Of a stretch of DNA of 64,000 bases, positions 1 to 9,703 are shown piece by piece. How positions within the stretch are numbered: the first letter of the stretch is position 1; each line of letters opens with the position of its first letter. The notes under the pieces are model-generated. The model saw only the letters and a list, made by a program, of their open reading frames with translations. It had not been told where the DNA came from and searched no databases. The DNA is taken from the IMG/VR virus record IMGVR_UViG_3300011115_000650, one strand, 5' to 3'. Origin of the DNA: a virus. Both the position numbers and the translations under genes were made by a program.

Positions 1-9
1 ATAAATAGT

Positions 10-1659
10 TTAGAATCCCATGTCCATTCCTAGATCTGGTTGTTGTTCTGTTTTCTTGTCTTCTTTCTTAGTAAAGATTACTGACTCGGTAGTTAGGATA
101 GTGCCTGCTACTGATGCTGCATTCTCTAGAGCGATCCTGGTCACTTTAGCTGGATCTAATAAACCCGTCTCATATGCATCCACTACCTTACCTAATTTAG
201 CGTCATAGGTAGCGTTTGTAATATCAGCAGTTTGAATATCATGTAAGATTGCATACCAATCTTCGATACCGGCATTACTTAAGATCTTCCTAAACGGTGC
301 TTGACAGGCTTGATGTATAATCCTTACACCCTTTCTTTCATTCTCTGACCATTCCGTAGTCTTACTAACCGCTTGATTAAAGGCATTGATCAGAGCTACT
401 CCACCTCCAGGTACTATACCTTCAGCTAGAGCGGCCTTGGTAGCAAATAATGCATCCTCTACCCTATCCTTCTTCTCTCTCATCTCTACTTCTGAATTAC
501 CTCCTACTGTAATAATGGCTACACCTCCAATTAACTTACCTAATCTCTCCTGTAACTTCTCTTTCTCGTAAGGTGATACTCCAGGTCTATCTAATTGATC
601 TTTGATCTCTTGAGCTCTTAACTTAATTGCTTCTTCGGTTCCTTTACCGTCGATGATAGTTGTCTTCTCCTTATCTACAGCCACTGTCCTAGCTTTGCCT
701 AGCATAGTCTCTAACTGCATAGCATTGAGTTTCTCCAACTTTAAGCCCTTGTCCTTACTTATCACCTGTCCTCCGGTTAGAATAGCGATATCCTCAAGCA
801 ATAGGGTTCTACGCTCACCAAAGTCTGGTGCCTTAACTGCGCAAACCTTTACAATACCTCTCATCTTGTTAACGATTAGAGTAGCTAGAGCTTCATCACC
901 GAAGTCTTCTGCAATCAATAACAAAGACTTATTCTCGGCATTTGCCTTAGATAGGACCTGTACCATCTCTTGAGCAGTATTAACTCTACCGTCATAGATC
1001 AAGATATAAGGATCATCTAATACACTCTGCATGGTGGTGTTGTTGGTAACGAAGTAAGGTGATTTATAACCTCTATCAAACTGCATACCCTCGACTACTT
1101 CTAAAAAAGTCTCTCCGGTCTTAGATTCTTCAATCGATACCAAACCCTCTCTACCTACCTTCTCTAAAGAGGTTGCGATTAGGTTTCCTACCTCTTCATC
1201 ACCATTACCTGAAATCATAGCCACTTGCTTGATCTGAGCTTCGGTAGAGATGTCTTGAGCTTGTAGCTTTAATTCCTCTACCACTAACTTTACTACCTTG
1301 TCTATACCCTTCTTAACTTCAACCGGGTTAGTTCCTTGGTCGATTAGCTTTAAACCATCTTCAACGATCGTAGTCGCTAATATGGTTGAGGTTGTAGTAC
1401 CATCACCTGCTTCATTAGCAGATTTGATTGAGACTTGCTTAACTAGTTGAGCTCCGATATTCTCTACCTCGTCTTTTAGTTCCGTAAAAGCTTTGGCAAC
1501 AGCAACACCATCTTTGGTTACCCTAATGCCATTTACTTTGTCTTCAATTAAGACCGTTCTACCACCAGGTCCTAGGGTCGAAGAAACTGCTAGGTTTAGT
1601 TTCTTAATGCCCTGGGCTAGTTTTGTTTTTAGTTCTGTGCCTGTTATGTTTTCTATCAT
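10..1659 (-). CDS. groEL: Chaperonin GroEL (Cpn60)
   Basis: [38 protein letters not shown] and GIVPGGG motifs; 549 aa. Confidence 0.97.
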   Translation of the reverse strand: MIENITGTELKTKLAQGIKKLNLAVSSTLGPGGRTVLIEDKVNGIRVTKDGVAVAKAFTELKDEVENIGAQLVKQVSIKSANEAGDGTTTSTILATTIVEDGLKLIDQGTNPVEVKKGIDKVVKLVVEELKLQAQDISTEAQIKQVAMISGNGDEEVGNLIATSLEKVGREGLVSIEESKTGETFLEVVEGMQFDRGYKSPYFVTNNTTMQSVLDDPYILIYDGRVNTAQEMVQVLSKANAENKSLLLIAEDFGDEALATLIVNKMRGIVKVCAVKAPDFGERRTLLLEDIAILTGGQVISKDKGLKLEKLNAMQLETMLGKARTVAVDKEKTTIIDGKGTEEAIKLRAQEIKDQLDRPGVSPYEKEKLQERLGKLIGGVAIITVGGNSEVEMREKKDRVEDALFATKAALAEGIVPGGGVALINAFNQAVSKTTEWSENERKGVRIIHQACQAPFRKILSNAGIEDWYAILHDIQTADITNATYDAKLGKVVDAYETGLLDPAKVTRIALENAASVAGTILTTESVIFTKKEDKKTEQQPDLGMDMGF

Positions 1660-1662
1660 ATG

Positions 1663-2067
1663 TTATAGTGTTGAATTTAATGCGGTTAGAGGTGTTTCAA
1701 TATCATTCTCCGGTAATACTGGTGTCTCTATTAATAGTTGTTTAAGCGTCTCTTGTCTAGCTACGGGAGTGTCTACGATTCTAGATAAGATTTCGGTTAC
1801 TTTAGTGATGTAGTATTCTTGGTTATCAATACTTATACGCTGGCTACTCATCTTTGGTACTATAACCTTTACTCCTGGATAGAGTTTGGGTTCAGATACT
1901 AATTGACCGGTGTGCCAGTTAAAGGTACTGTCTACTGCTACTACTTCAGCTATCTCAGGTCTTTCCTTACCCATATCCGGGATTATGATATTACCTGCCA
2001 TCTGTTCTTGTTCTTCGATGGGTTTTAAGATTACATGTCCATTTAATGGATCTAGTGTTGATGTCAT
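1663..2067 (-). CDS. groES: Co-chaperonin GroES with C-terminal extension
   Basis: PLNGHVILKP...GNIIIPD...AEVVAV pattern; directly upstream of groEL. Confidence 0.9.
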   Translation of the reverse strand: MTSTLDPLNGHVILKPIEEQEQMAGNIIIPDMGKERPEIAEVVAVDSTFNWHTGQLVSEPKLYPGVKVIVPKMSSQRISIDNQEYYITKVTEILSRIVDTPVARQETLKQLLIETPVLPENDIETPLTALNSTL

Positions 2068-2315
2068 ATACTTGATTCTTGTTTTAATTCTTCTTTGGGT
2101 GATTCTTCGATAAGAGGTTGGACAGTTTGGTCATCTTCAATAACTTCGGCTTCAGGAACTAATTCAACAAAGTACAATACGCCATCTTTCTTCAAGACTT
2201 TGTCTGCACCTAGTTGCTCTTTCCAGGATTCGATGTTAGGTCGATATTCTTCTTTTAACTTACGTTTTAGGACATAGAGGCTGTCCTCATGCTTGATAAA
2301 CTCTGTACGAAACAT
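2064..2315 (-). CDS. Hypothetical protein (first gene of groES/groEL operon)
   Basis: 83-aa ORF overlapping the groES start by 4 nt; preceded by a host-type promoter. Confidence 0.7.
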   Translation of the reverse strand: MFRTEFIKHEDSLYVLKRKLKEEYRPNIESWKEQLGADKVLKKDGVLYFVELVPEAEVIEDDQTVQPLIEESPKEELKQESSI

Positions 2316-2318
2316 ATT

Positions 2319-2349
2319 TTAATATAACTAATTTATTTTATAAAACCAA
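2319..2349 (-). promoter_or_regulatory. Bacteroidota sigmaA-type (-33/-7) promoter
   Basis: TTG-N20-TATATTAA; same spacing at 7 other sites. Confidence 0.65.
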
Positions 2350-2356
2350 CTTTCTT

Positions 2357-2965
2357 TTAATGTTTTTTCATCTTACACATAATATCTTTTATGTATAACG
2401 TTTTTAGATGTATTAGATCTAATTCCTCTTCGGTTAAATTTATATCCTCGTGAATCCACATCGCATATACTGTACCGTATTTAATATGATCTCCAATTCT
2501 AAACATGTATGATGTCTCAATACCGTGATAACGATTTATGTCTACTACTGCCGGTCTTGGATAATCTTTACCCACTCTTACAAATCCTCCTTCTGAGTTA
2601 TGTAGTTCTAGTAGGGTCTCGCATACCGGGCTGATCGGTACTTTTTGATAATCTAACATCATCTCCCTAGTCGTTACATCAGCTTTTTCATAGGTCATTG
2701 ATGCATAGTTAAACGGTAGTCCATTTATGGCTGCATTACCGTTGTGGTACTCTACTACTGCTACTCGATTGGCTCCTAATAGAGTTCTAATCTCAACTAA
2801 TACTTCATTGATTAGTGCACGATGTTCGGTGTTGTGTAAAAAATCTTTAGCTTCATCAACAGGTTTACTAAATTTCTTCTTTACCCAGGTCACTATATAG
2901 GGAGCAACTGCTGCCAGTATACCACCCACTATCATTCCTACTGTCTTTAGTATGTCTTCGTTCAT
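2357..2965 (-). CDS. Putative holin (single N-terminal TM helix + GAF-like soluble domain)
   Basis: Hydrophobic residues 9-28 then KKK; A.RV...EYHNG...F...SMTYE pattern; architecture like T4 holin T; own late motif. Confidence 0.5.
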   Translation of the reverse strand: MNEDILKTVGMIVGGILAAVAPYIVTWVKKKFSKPVDEAKDFLHNTEHRALINEVLVEIRTLLGANRVAVVEYHNGNAAINGLPFNYASMTYEKADVTTREMMLDYQKVPISPVCETLLELHNSEGGFVRVGKDYPRPAVVDINRYHGIETSYMFRIGDHIKYGTVYAMWIHEDINLTEEELDLIHLKTLYIKDIMCKMKKH

Positions 2966-2982
2966 TTAAGCTAATTACTCTA

Positions 2983-2989
2983 ATAAATA
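2983..2989 (-). promoter_or_regulatory. Putative late promoter TATTTAT (representative of ~21 copies)
   Basis: Coding-strand TATTTAT(A/T/G) just upstream of starts; + strand ATAAATA at 1, 2983, 3740, 13327, 17751, 20959, 23346, 28254, 30808, 39560, 40623, 41213, 43770, 44325, 51572, 54721, 57213, 59094, 61055, 62671, 63187. Confidence 0.75.
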
Positions 2990-3016
2990 GTCTAACATCT
3001 CCGAAAAGTTTAGTGT

Positions 3017-3727
3017 TTATACAGCATTTTTTAACTTCCAAACATACCCTTTGTGTGTTTTAATATGCCCGTGAACACACCTACTTATTCCCGATACATT
3101 AAATCCATCTTTAATAGCATCCTCCATCTTATCGTAGTCCTGCACTTCTTCTAAAGTGTCTTTGTCGAGACAGATTACAGCTTTATTAAAACCAGGCCTA
3201 CCAATCTGCCATCCGGGGTATTTAACTAGGTCAGTTTTATTTATAAACTTAACCTCTCCGTTTTTATGTATATGTATATTACCGGTAGCTAATGCTCTCC
3301 CTTTTCGTCCTGCAGATAAATAACATTCACGATTGCAATAATTAGCTACAGGTCGTACATGTGAATTAATTCTAGAGTTTTCTTTACCGCAACTACTACA
3401 TATAATAGTAGTTTGTCTCAGCTTTTCTTTTTGAACCTCTTGTTTTAGTCTCTGGTATACTCTACTGCTCGGGATATATCTTTTTTTAGTTTTATTTTGT
3501 TGACACATTGCGTAAGCAGCATAGAGTAATTTGCTATTTCCTCGATGTATTTCACATAGCAATAAATGAGCGATAAAGTGTTCTTTAGCTGTCAAAGCTA
3601 CTATGTTTTCCTTACTATTATCACCTCCTAAACATTTAGGTACTACGTGATGTTTTTCTACATACCCTTCTAATTGCCTACTCTTTGCTCTTGATATTAG
3701 ACTGTCGTACAATGTACTGTAGTTCAT
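3017..3727 (-). CDS. HNH homing endonuclease with C-terminal NUMOD1-like HTH (likely start 3727)
   Basis: EKHHVVPKCLGG...LTAKEHFIAHLLL HNH motif; Zn finger CxxC..YCNREC; ISRCVHG..KTHKGYVW tail; late motif at 3740-3746 lies inside the longer ORF, so M9 is the probable start. Confidence 0.88.
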   Translation of the reverse strand: MNYSTLYDSLISRAKSRQLEGYVEKHHVVPKCLGGDNSKENIVALTAKEHFIAHLLLCEIHRGNSKLLYAAYAMCQQNKTKKRYIPSSRVYQRLKQEVQKEKLRQTTIICSSCGKENSRINSHVRPVANYCNRECYLSAGRKGRALATGNIHIHKNGEVKFINKTDLVKYPGWQIGRPGFNKAVICLDKDTLEEVQDYDKMEDAIKDGFNVSGISRCVHGHIKTHKGYVWKLKNAV

Positions 3728-3762
3728 ACTGTCTTTATTATAAATAGGCAAACTATGTGGCT

Positions 3763-6072
3763 CTAGTGACCTTCTTTCATATTTTTTGCAACAGCTGGTT
3801 CTGCAATAAGTTTAACCCCGTCTAGCGGAGTTGTATTTTCCATACAGTCTTGAACTATAGGTACTGCTCTCTCTACATCCTCTCTCTTAACAGAACAGAC
3901 TAGTTGATCGTGTATCTGTGCTATAACTACTCCGTCGATACCTTCTTGTCTAAATCTCCTACTAATCTGAAGTGCTGCTCGATTTACAATAGAAGCTGCT
4001 AAACTTTGGATCTGGAAATTAAGTACATTATTTAGACCGTTTTTATAGTCTCTATATAAGCTAAGCACCTTTTCTTTACCGTAGATCCTTTCTAGATCTT
4101 TTCTAACCTTCCAATCAAGTATACCATCTTGTATCTTACCGTAGATTGCTTTTACTTTAGGTAGGTGTCTTATTCTACCTACTTTATTTTTAATATACCC
4201 GTGAGTTTTTACAAACTCTCTAGACTCCTCTCTCCACTTTTTAAGCTCTGGGAATCCGTTTAAATAACCTTCGACAAGTTTTTCTCCTTCTTTTTTATCT
4301 ATGTTTAGAGACATTGCGAGAGCGTAACCCGACATTCCATACGGCACTCCTAGAGAGTAGGCTTTAGCGGTCTGTCTTTTAACAGGATTTACCTTTTTTA
4401 AGTAGTTAGGTGCTTTTGTATGTGCACTCACTCCTTCTAGCTTTTCAGTTTGAATAGCAATATGCGAATAAAAATCTAGATCTTCTCTAAAGATACGTTT
4501 TAACTCATCGTCTCCTGCTACAGTTGCGAATACCCTAGGCTCTAAAGAAGCGTAATCTGTATCAATAAACATCCTACCTTCTTCGGCTACCAAGAACGCT
4601 CTCACTAGATTATTATAGTGTACGATTATAGGTGCTGCCTCTCCATCTTCTTTAGGCTTGGGTAACTGCTGTAGATCCGAACCGTATCGACCTGAAACTG
4701 TGCCGTGTTGTTTGAAGTAGAAGTAGTACCGGCCATCTTCGTGGTTGTCATGAAACCTATCTACGTAGGTGGATTTAATCTTGAGTAGTTTATTGTACAC
4801 CCTGATATTCTCTGCCCACTTTTCGGTCTTAGCTATCTGCTCAATAACATCATCGTCGAATTGAGGCTTACCACTCGCTGTCGTAGATAGAGGTTTTCTA
4901 CCCAAGACATTGAAAGCAATCTGCCCTAATTGGTCTTTGGACTGTATATTAAAGAACTTACCTTCGTTATCTTCTTTCCATAGTTTGAGGCTTACCTTTA
5001 ACACCTGCTCTGCAGGTAATAGCTTAACGTCTCCCGTTAATAAAAATTGTTTTAACTCACCCTCTGGTAATGTCAAAACAGTGGCTTTATTCAAGGTAAA
5101 TTTACCTGTCTTCTCCGATCTTGGTAATTCGATACCTGCTTGTTCGATCAACTCCTGAGCATAAGTACCCTTAGCAGAAGGTGGGTAGGCTTTGGTAGCC
5201 ATGTCTATGACCCATTGCTTGACCTTGGTCTCTTTTAATAGCTCTTCCATTACCAACCTAGCATGTTCGGCTAGATCTACTTCAATCTTCTCTTTAGTAT
5301 CCTTGATTAATTCCATATCTAATTCAACACCATACTCCTCCATCGGGATCGTAACCTCTCTATAAATCGGCATCACCTCTTCTTCAAAGAAAAACTTCTC
5401 TAGTTTCTCCTCCTCTAATTTAACGATGAAATGGTTATAGATACGTAGAGTTAGATCAGTATCAGCAGCACCATACTTAGCTAGTACATCCAGGTCAGCT
5501 TTATAGATCTCGTAATTATCCTTGGTCGTACTCCCACCATTCCTTTTAATACTCTCCTTCAACTCTATCTGTTCTTCGTTAGCATCCGATTCAACATCTA
5601 GTCCGATGTGCTGCTGGATTAGTTTAGCAATAGGTTTTAAACCAAATGCACTCCCCATTCCAAATGCTCCTTCTTCGTTTACTGTATGTACCAGTAACAT
5701 CGTATCAGCATGTAGATGAGGTATGAGATCTAGTTTGTAAAAGTTCTTAATAAACCTCAAATCGAAAGCAGCATTATGACAAACGATCTTTTTACCTATC
5801 AGTAGGTTTAGGACTTTAAGAGCTAACTCTTGACAGCTTCTACCGCTGATGGTCAATTCTTCGAGTTTACTATTCTGATAAGCCATCGTTGGCATATAAA
5901 AGCTCTCTCCTTCTTTACCGCAAATAGAAAAACCGATCACCTGACCCTTACGGGGATTAAGTGAATCGGTTTCTATGTCTAGAGTTAATAACTCGTAGGT
6001 ACGGATATGTTCGATTAAGGCTTTTAGAGTCTCTTGACTATCTACGGTTGTATATTTCTTTTGTATTAGCAT
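3763..6072 (-). CDS. polA: Family A DNA polymerase (3'-5' exonuclease + polymerase)
   Basis: ExoI LDIET, ExoII HNAAFD, ExoIII YGAADTD; motif A DYASLEPR, motif B RQTAKAYSLGVPYG, motif C IHDQ. Confidence 0.95.
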   Translation of the reverse strand: MLIQKKYTTVDSQETLKALIEHIRTYELLTLDIETDSLNPRKGQVIGFSICGKEGESFYMPTMAYQNSKLEELTISGRSCQELALKVLNLLIGKKIVCHNAAFDLRFIKNFYKLDLIPHLHADTMLLVHTVNEEGAFGMGSAFGLKPIAKLIQQHIGLDVESDANEEQIELKESIKRNGGSTTKDNYEIYKADLDVLAKYGAADTDLTLRIYNHFIVKLEEEKLEKFFFEEEVMPIYREVTIPMEEYGVELDMELIKDTKEKIEVDLAEHARLVMEELLKETKVKQWVIDMATKAYPPSAKGTYAQELIEQAGIELPRSEKTGKFTLNKATVLTLPEGELKQFLLTGDVKLLPAEQVLKVSLKLWKEDNEGKFFNIQSKDQLGQIAFNVLGRKPLSTTASGKPQFDDDVIEQIAKTEKWAENIRVYNKLLKIKSTYVDRFHDNHEDGRYYFYFKQHGTVSGRYGSDLQQLPKPKEDGEAAPIIVHYNNLVRAFLVAEEGRMFIDTDYASLEPRVFATVAGDDELKRIFREDLDFYSHIAIQTEKLEGVSAHTKAPNYLKKVNPVKRQTAKAYSLGVPYGMSGYALAMSLNIDKKEGEKLVEGYLNGFPELKKWREESREFVKTHGYIKNKVGRIRHLPKVKAIYGKIQDGILDWKVRKDLERIYGKEKVLSLYRDYKNGLNNVLNFQIQSLAASIVNRAALQISRRFRQEGIDGVVIAQIHDQLVCSVKREDVERAVPIVQDCMENTTPLDGVKLIAEPAVAKNMKEGH

Positions 6073-6078
6073 ATATAG

Positions 6079-6109
6079 TAAAGATATGAAATACTATTCA
6101 AACTAACAA
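6079..6109 (-). promoter_or_regulatory. Bacteroidota-type promoter for polA
   Basis: TTG-N20-TATCTTTA. Confidence 0.65.
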
Positions 6110-6640
6110 CTATTTTCTTTGCTTATCATGCATCCATTGACCATCGTAGAGTTCAGCGGGTTGACATTCGTGGAAATAAATCTGAGCCACTCTTGCGTTT
6201 TCTTCAATAAAAATTGTCTCGTGTACGTATAAAAGTGTACCCATGAACTGAGTTTCAAAGCCTGGATCAAATACCGGGCTATTAATTATCGAACCATTAC
6301 GGTATAGTGAGGAACGCTGCTTAATAAATGCTACTCTATTATCGGGTATCTTACATCCTTCGTTAAAGGTTATATCGTATACACCTGGATATAAGATCCA
6401 TCCTATTGTACTGTCTAGAGTGGTTAAGCTTTGAGGGGTATAGGTAGTGAGATGTGTTTTATCTTTTAGTACCTTGCCAATCTTTCTTACCACCACTTCA
6501 TGAGGGGTATTGATTTCGTTAGGCACACCTATTTTATTCACCTGTTTTAAGGTAAGGTCATAACCCACTTGAGCTGGTTTGCCTTGTGTGTGTTCTAATA
6601 GTAATAGACCTTCGTCTATGATTTGTTTTGAGTTTAACAT
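6110..6640 (-). CDS. dCTP deaminase / trimeric dUTPase family protein
   Basis: GYDLT, RSSLYRNG, DPGF and ARVAQI motifs. Confidence 0.85.
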   Translation of the reverse strand: MLNSKQIIDEGLLLLEHTQGKPAQVGYDLTLKQVNKIGVPNEINTPHEVVVRKIGKVLKDKTHLTTYTPQSLTTLDSTIGWILYPGVYDITFNEGCKIPDNRVAFIKQRSSLYRNGSIINSPVFDPGFETQFMGTLLYVHETIFIEENARVAQIYFHECQPAELYDGQWMHDKQRK

Positions 6641-6641
6641 T

Positions 6642-6998
6642 CTAGTTATGTATTAGTGTATTTGTTGTTAATAAGTCTCTCAATTCGTAGTATATGTCCA
6701 TGCTTGGATCGATATAAATTACCTCTCCTGCTTTATATAATACAGGTACTCCTTGACGGAGTATTCGGGCATCTTCTAAGAAAGTAAACTTACGGGTACC
6801 TGTAAAGACGAATAGGTCTTGAGATAGGTGTTTATAAGGGACTATATTGTTTAGTTTCCTTCGTCTTCTATCACAACCACAATCCTCCTTACCTCTCAAT
6901 CTGGCGATAAACGTAGCTAGTTTATCCAGGCCAAAAAACTTGGTAAACTTAGCTACACTATCTCCTAGTCCTACTGCTTTAGTACTTCTTACTTCCAT
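6642..6998 (-). CDS. Conserved phage hypothetical protein (GLGD...DCGCxxRRxxLN)
   Basis: 118-aa ORF in operon with recognisable Cys motif. Confidence 0.65.
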   Translation of the reverse strand: MEVRSTKAVGLGDSVAKFTKFFGLDKLATFIARLRGKEDCGCDRRRRKLNNIVPYKHLSQDLFVFTGTRKFTFLEDARILRQGVPVLYKAGEVIYIDPSMDIYYELRDLLTTNTLIHN

Positions 6999-7698
6999 TT
7001 GCTAGTTCTATGTTTTTGTAGAACTCCGCTCTTGCAGAATCTTCATTTAGAAAGCATCCTGTCAACTTAGCTGTTTGCATTGATGCACCTTGATGTTTAA
7101 CACCTCTACACGATACACAGTTATGTGTTGCATTAATCATTACAGCTACTCCTAGGTTATCCTCACAGATCGTATTTACTGCATTGTGAATAGCTACAGT
7201 TAACTGCTCTTGTATAGCTCCTCTTCTTCCGAAGTGCTCTACAATACGGTTTAACTTAGATAGTCCTACTACCCTGCCGTGTTCACTAGGTACGTACGCT
7301 ATCGATACTGTTCCTGAGATAGTTTCAAGGTGATGACTACATACACTAGTTACTGGTATATTACTTTCTTGGACAATCCCAGAATATCCATCGCTTGGAA
7401 AGCTAGTAATTTCGTCCATCAGCTTATACCTACCTGCAAATTTATCTTTGACGTAAGCCTTAGCCACTCTCTTAGGTGTATTAGAACTATTTGGATCATT
7501 CTTCCAATCCACTCCTAGAGCGGTTAGGAAATTACCAAAATGTAGAGCAGCTTCTTCGATGATAGCCTCTTTATCTCCTTCTGTTAATTCACTCTTTCCC
7601 TCTTTTAGGTTATGAGCTAATTGCAGAGAGATGCCATTAGCATGACCGGGTTGAGCTATTTCTAGCTCATCGATTTTTATTTCTGTGTGTTTATTCAT
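6979..7698 (-). CDS. folE: GTP cyclohydrolase I
   Basis: TPKRVAK, SVCSHH, GLSKLNRIVE, QEQLT and HNCVSCRGV motifs. Confidence 0.95.
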   Translation of the reverse strand: MNKHTEIKIDELEIAQPGHANGISLQLAHNLKEGKSELTEGDKEAIIEEAALHFGNFLTALGVDWKNDPNSSNTPKRVAKAYVKDKFAGRYKLMDEITSFPSDGYSGIVQESNIPVTSVCSHHLETISGTVSIAYVPSEHGRVVGLSKLNRIVEHFGRRGAIQEQLTVAIHNAVNTICEDNLGVAVMINATHNCVSCRGVKHQGASMQTAKLTGCFLNEDSARAEFYKNIELANGSKKY

Positions 7699-7703
7699 AA
7701 TCT

Positions 7704-7734
7704 ATAATATATGGACTTTATTGCTGTTCTCCAA
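7704..7734 (-). promoter_or_regulatory. Bacteroidota-type promoter for folE
   Basis: TTG-N20-TATATTAT. Confidence 0.6.
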
Positions 7735-7888
7735 CTGCTTGTAATTCTTCTTGAGAAGGTTCCCAATTAAACTGTGATTCAGGCGGTAGCCCGTTTTTCT
7801 TCTTTTTTGCTTTTTGTACTCCGTAAATTAAACTACCTATACAGGTAGCTATAATTAGTACCACGATTGTTAATACTGTTGTTGTCAT
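7718..7888 (-). CDS. Small membrane protein (56 aa, not in ORF track)
   Basis: MTTTVLTIVVLIIATCIGSLIYGVQKAKKKK...EQQ*; fills the gap between genes. Confidence 0.65.
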   Translation of the reverse strand: MTTTVLTIVVLIIATCIGSLIYGVQKAKKKKNGLPPESQFNWEPSQEELQAVGEQQ

Positions 7889-7891
7889 AGA

Positions 7892-8278
7892 TTAGAAACT
7901 TAAGGTGTAGATAATTCTGATTGAAATTGATTGGGGGTCGTATTTTGATATCTCAGCATCTTTAGCTACTTGAAAATCTAAAGAAGAACCGTTTTTGGTT
8001 TGTACCCATAGTTCTTTAATGAATTTGGTATCTGTAATTTCATTTTTCTCGTTACGGATTAATTCAAATACCGCTACTTTTGTTTGTGTTACTGTCATTT
8101 TGTTTGTGTTTAAATTTAATGTTGTTCCTGTTGTTACATATCCTTGAAAACTGCTAGTATCGAACCACTTTGTAGTCATGTCTAAGTATGTTACGACTGG
8201 TGTTGCTGTAAGAGTTCCACCGTTTGCTACATATGCACCTAGCGAAGTTAGAGCAGGTCCTGTTGTTGATGTATTCAT
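7892..8278 (-). CDS. Hypothetical protein
   Basis: 128-aa ORF tightly packed in operon; alternative start at MTVTQ. Confidence 0.6.
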   Translation of the reverse strand: MNTSTTGPALTSLGAYVANGGTLTATPVVTYLDMTTKWFDTSSFQGYVTTGTTLNLNTNKMTVTQTKVAVFELIRNEKNEITDTKFIKELWVQTKNGSSLDFQVAKDAEISKYDPQSISIRIIYTLSF

Positions 8279-8288
8279 TATTATTTAT

Positions 8289-8567
8289 TTAGTTATCTAA
8301 TAAATTTCTCCATCTCTTTTGAGTTTCCCATGGATTACTCACATACTCGTTTATTTCTTTCATAGCCGATTCTGTAGTTTCAAAAGCTATTGATTTACAT
8401 CCTACATTAACAGTACACCCTCTACTAAGGAATCTTACTGTAATTTCGTACTCCTGTAATACTTCTTGTTTACTTCGTCTATACTCTTTTTTATCTGGGT
8501 AGCATTCTTCTACCGGTATTGGCGGTATTTCAACGTCTAATGGTGCTAATTTGTCAAAGCTTGGCAT
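8289..8567 (-). CDS. Hypothetical protein
   Basis: 92 aa; FLSRGCTVNVGCKSIAF motif. Confidence 0.65.
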   Translation of the reverse strand: MPSFDKLAPLDVEIPPIPVEECYPDKKEYRRSKQEVLQEYEITVRFLSRGCTVNVGCKSIAFETTESAMKEINEYVSNPWETQKRWRNLLDN

Positions 8568-8597
8568 TTTACTTGTTTTTATGTTTGTTATTTAATT

Positions 8598-8699
8598 TTA
8601 TCCTAGTCCAAAGACTACATGTGCAAATAGTAAACCTAGTATACTACTTACTACTATTATACCTATTTCAAATAAGGTATCTTTTGTTTTCTGTGTCAT
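8598..8699 (-). CDS. Small membrane protein (33 aa, not in ORF track)
   Basis: MTQKTKDTLFEIGIIVVSSILGLLFAHVVFGLG*; ATG sits in the last cassette repeat. Confidence 0.55.
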   Translation of the reverse strand: MTQKTKDTLFEIGIIVVSSILGLLFAHVVFGLG

Positions 8700-8700
8700 G

Positions 8701-8895
8701 TTATGTATTTAATGTTTTACCGTACTTTTTTAGAATGTATTGTAGTTTAGACATTCCTTTGCTTAATCCTTCTACTGTAGGTACTTCTTCATCATACATG
8801 GTTAGTCCTTCTACAATTACGGACTCTGCTTCTACACAATCAAAGCAAAATCCCATTCTTAGCTCTTTTTCTCTATTGCAGCATTTACATTTCAT
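8701..8895 (-). CDS. Small Zn-finger-like cassette protein
   Basis: CKCC...FCFDC; ends KTLNT* inside the repeat. Confidence 0.65.
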   Translation of the reverse strand: MKCKCCNREKELRMGFCFDCVEAESVIVEGLTMYDEEVPTVEGLSKGMSKLQYILKKYGKTLNT

Positions 8896-8898
8896 AAT

Positions 8899-9105
8899 TT
8901 ATACGTTTAATGTTTTATTCCATATTGTACTAAATACAAATGTGTTTCCCTCTTGTCCCTTTCCCGAAATATTCATTCTTTTATTGGTATTTTCACATAC
9001 AACATATTCGATGCCCTTTGAGTCTAGTTTACCAGTGTAGTTTTGATGTGTTTTTCCGCATCTACCGCAGTTATCTGTTTTCCACTTATTACTAGTCTTT
9101 TTCAT
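8899..9105 (-). CDS. Small Cys-containing cassette protein
   Basis: CGRCGKTH...VVC; ends WNKTLNV* inside the repeat. Confidence 0.65.
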   Translation of the reverse strand: MKKTSNKWKTDNCGRCGKTHQNYTGKLDSKGIEYVVCENTNKRMNISGKGQEGNTFVFSTIWNKTLNV

Positions 9106-9114
9106 ATTATGCGT

Positions 9115-9309
9115 TTAGTGTTTTATTAATAGATCTAATTCAATAATTTCTGGGTAGCCGTAGTAAGATTTTTTCTCTAGTATTTCTTTAACATATGATT
9201 CAGCATCTGCTTTATTAAAGAATACTTTAGCGTATTCAAAGTCATGCGGTTCGTACTCCATCTCTCCACATACTAAATAGCATTTCGGTTTAGGGATATC
9301 TAGTTCCAT
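9115..9309 (-). CDS. Small cassette protein
   Basis: 64 aa; YLV......KVF..K.DAE.Y pattern typical of small phage proteins. Confidence 0.65.
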   Translation of the reverse strand: MELDIPKPKCYLVCGEMEYEPHDFEYAKVFFNKADAESYVKEILEKKSYYGYPEIIELDLLIKH

Positions 9310-9326
9310 ATTATACGTTTAATGTT

Positions 9327-9587
9327 TTATACTTTTTCGTACGTTGCTTCGAATATGTCTGGTTTACATGGGTAGTACTCTCCTTTTATGCCTCTGATTA
9401 TATAATCGCCTATTGAAGCAACCATCTCTCCTTCTAGGGTTGGTATCTTTATACATGATTTACCATTATCATCTCTTGAAACTTTAAAATGTGATACTTC
9501 ATTAATTGAAAATTCATCAAGACATCTGAAGTTTCCATCGTACTGTACCGCTTCAATTACTACTGGTTTTTTTCTGTATTGTGCCAT
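9327..9587 (-). CDS. Widespread small phage protein (YRKKPVVIEA / TLEG / GDYII / YPCKPDIF family); possible nucleotide-signal sponge
   Basis: Strong family motif; sponge function is a recollection-based inference only. Confidence 0.75.
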   Translation of the reverse strand: MAQYRKKPVVIEAVQYDGNFRCLDEFSINEVSHFKVSRDDNGKSCIKIPTLEGEMVASIGDYIIRGIKGEYYPCKPDIFEATYEKV

Positions 9588-9606
9588 ATTATACGTTTAG
9601 TGTTTT

Positions 9607-9702
9607 TTAACTAACTTTCTATTTTTTACTTCTATCGTGTATTGTTATTTCGATTCCTCCACAAAGAAATATGATTATTATTAATATTACGACTGCTACC
9701 AT
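9607..9702 (-). CDS. Small membrane cassette protein (31 aa, not in ORF track)
   Basis: MVAVVILIIIIFLCGGIEITIHDRSKNRKVS*; ATG 1 nt after the queE stop. Confidence 0.55.
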
Positions 9703-9703
9703 A

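Noticed and set aside
3007-3020. 11-bp match (GTTTAGTGTTT) to the cassette repeat, or a remnant polA end (CAC TAA), after the HNH gene
   Set aside because: Too short in AT-rich DNA and lacks the GTATAATATG half.
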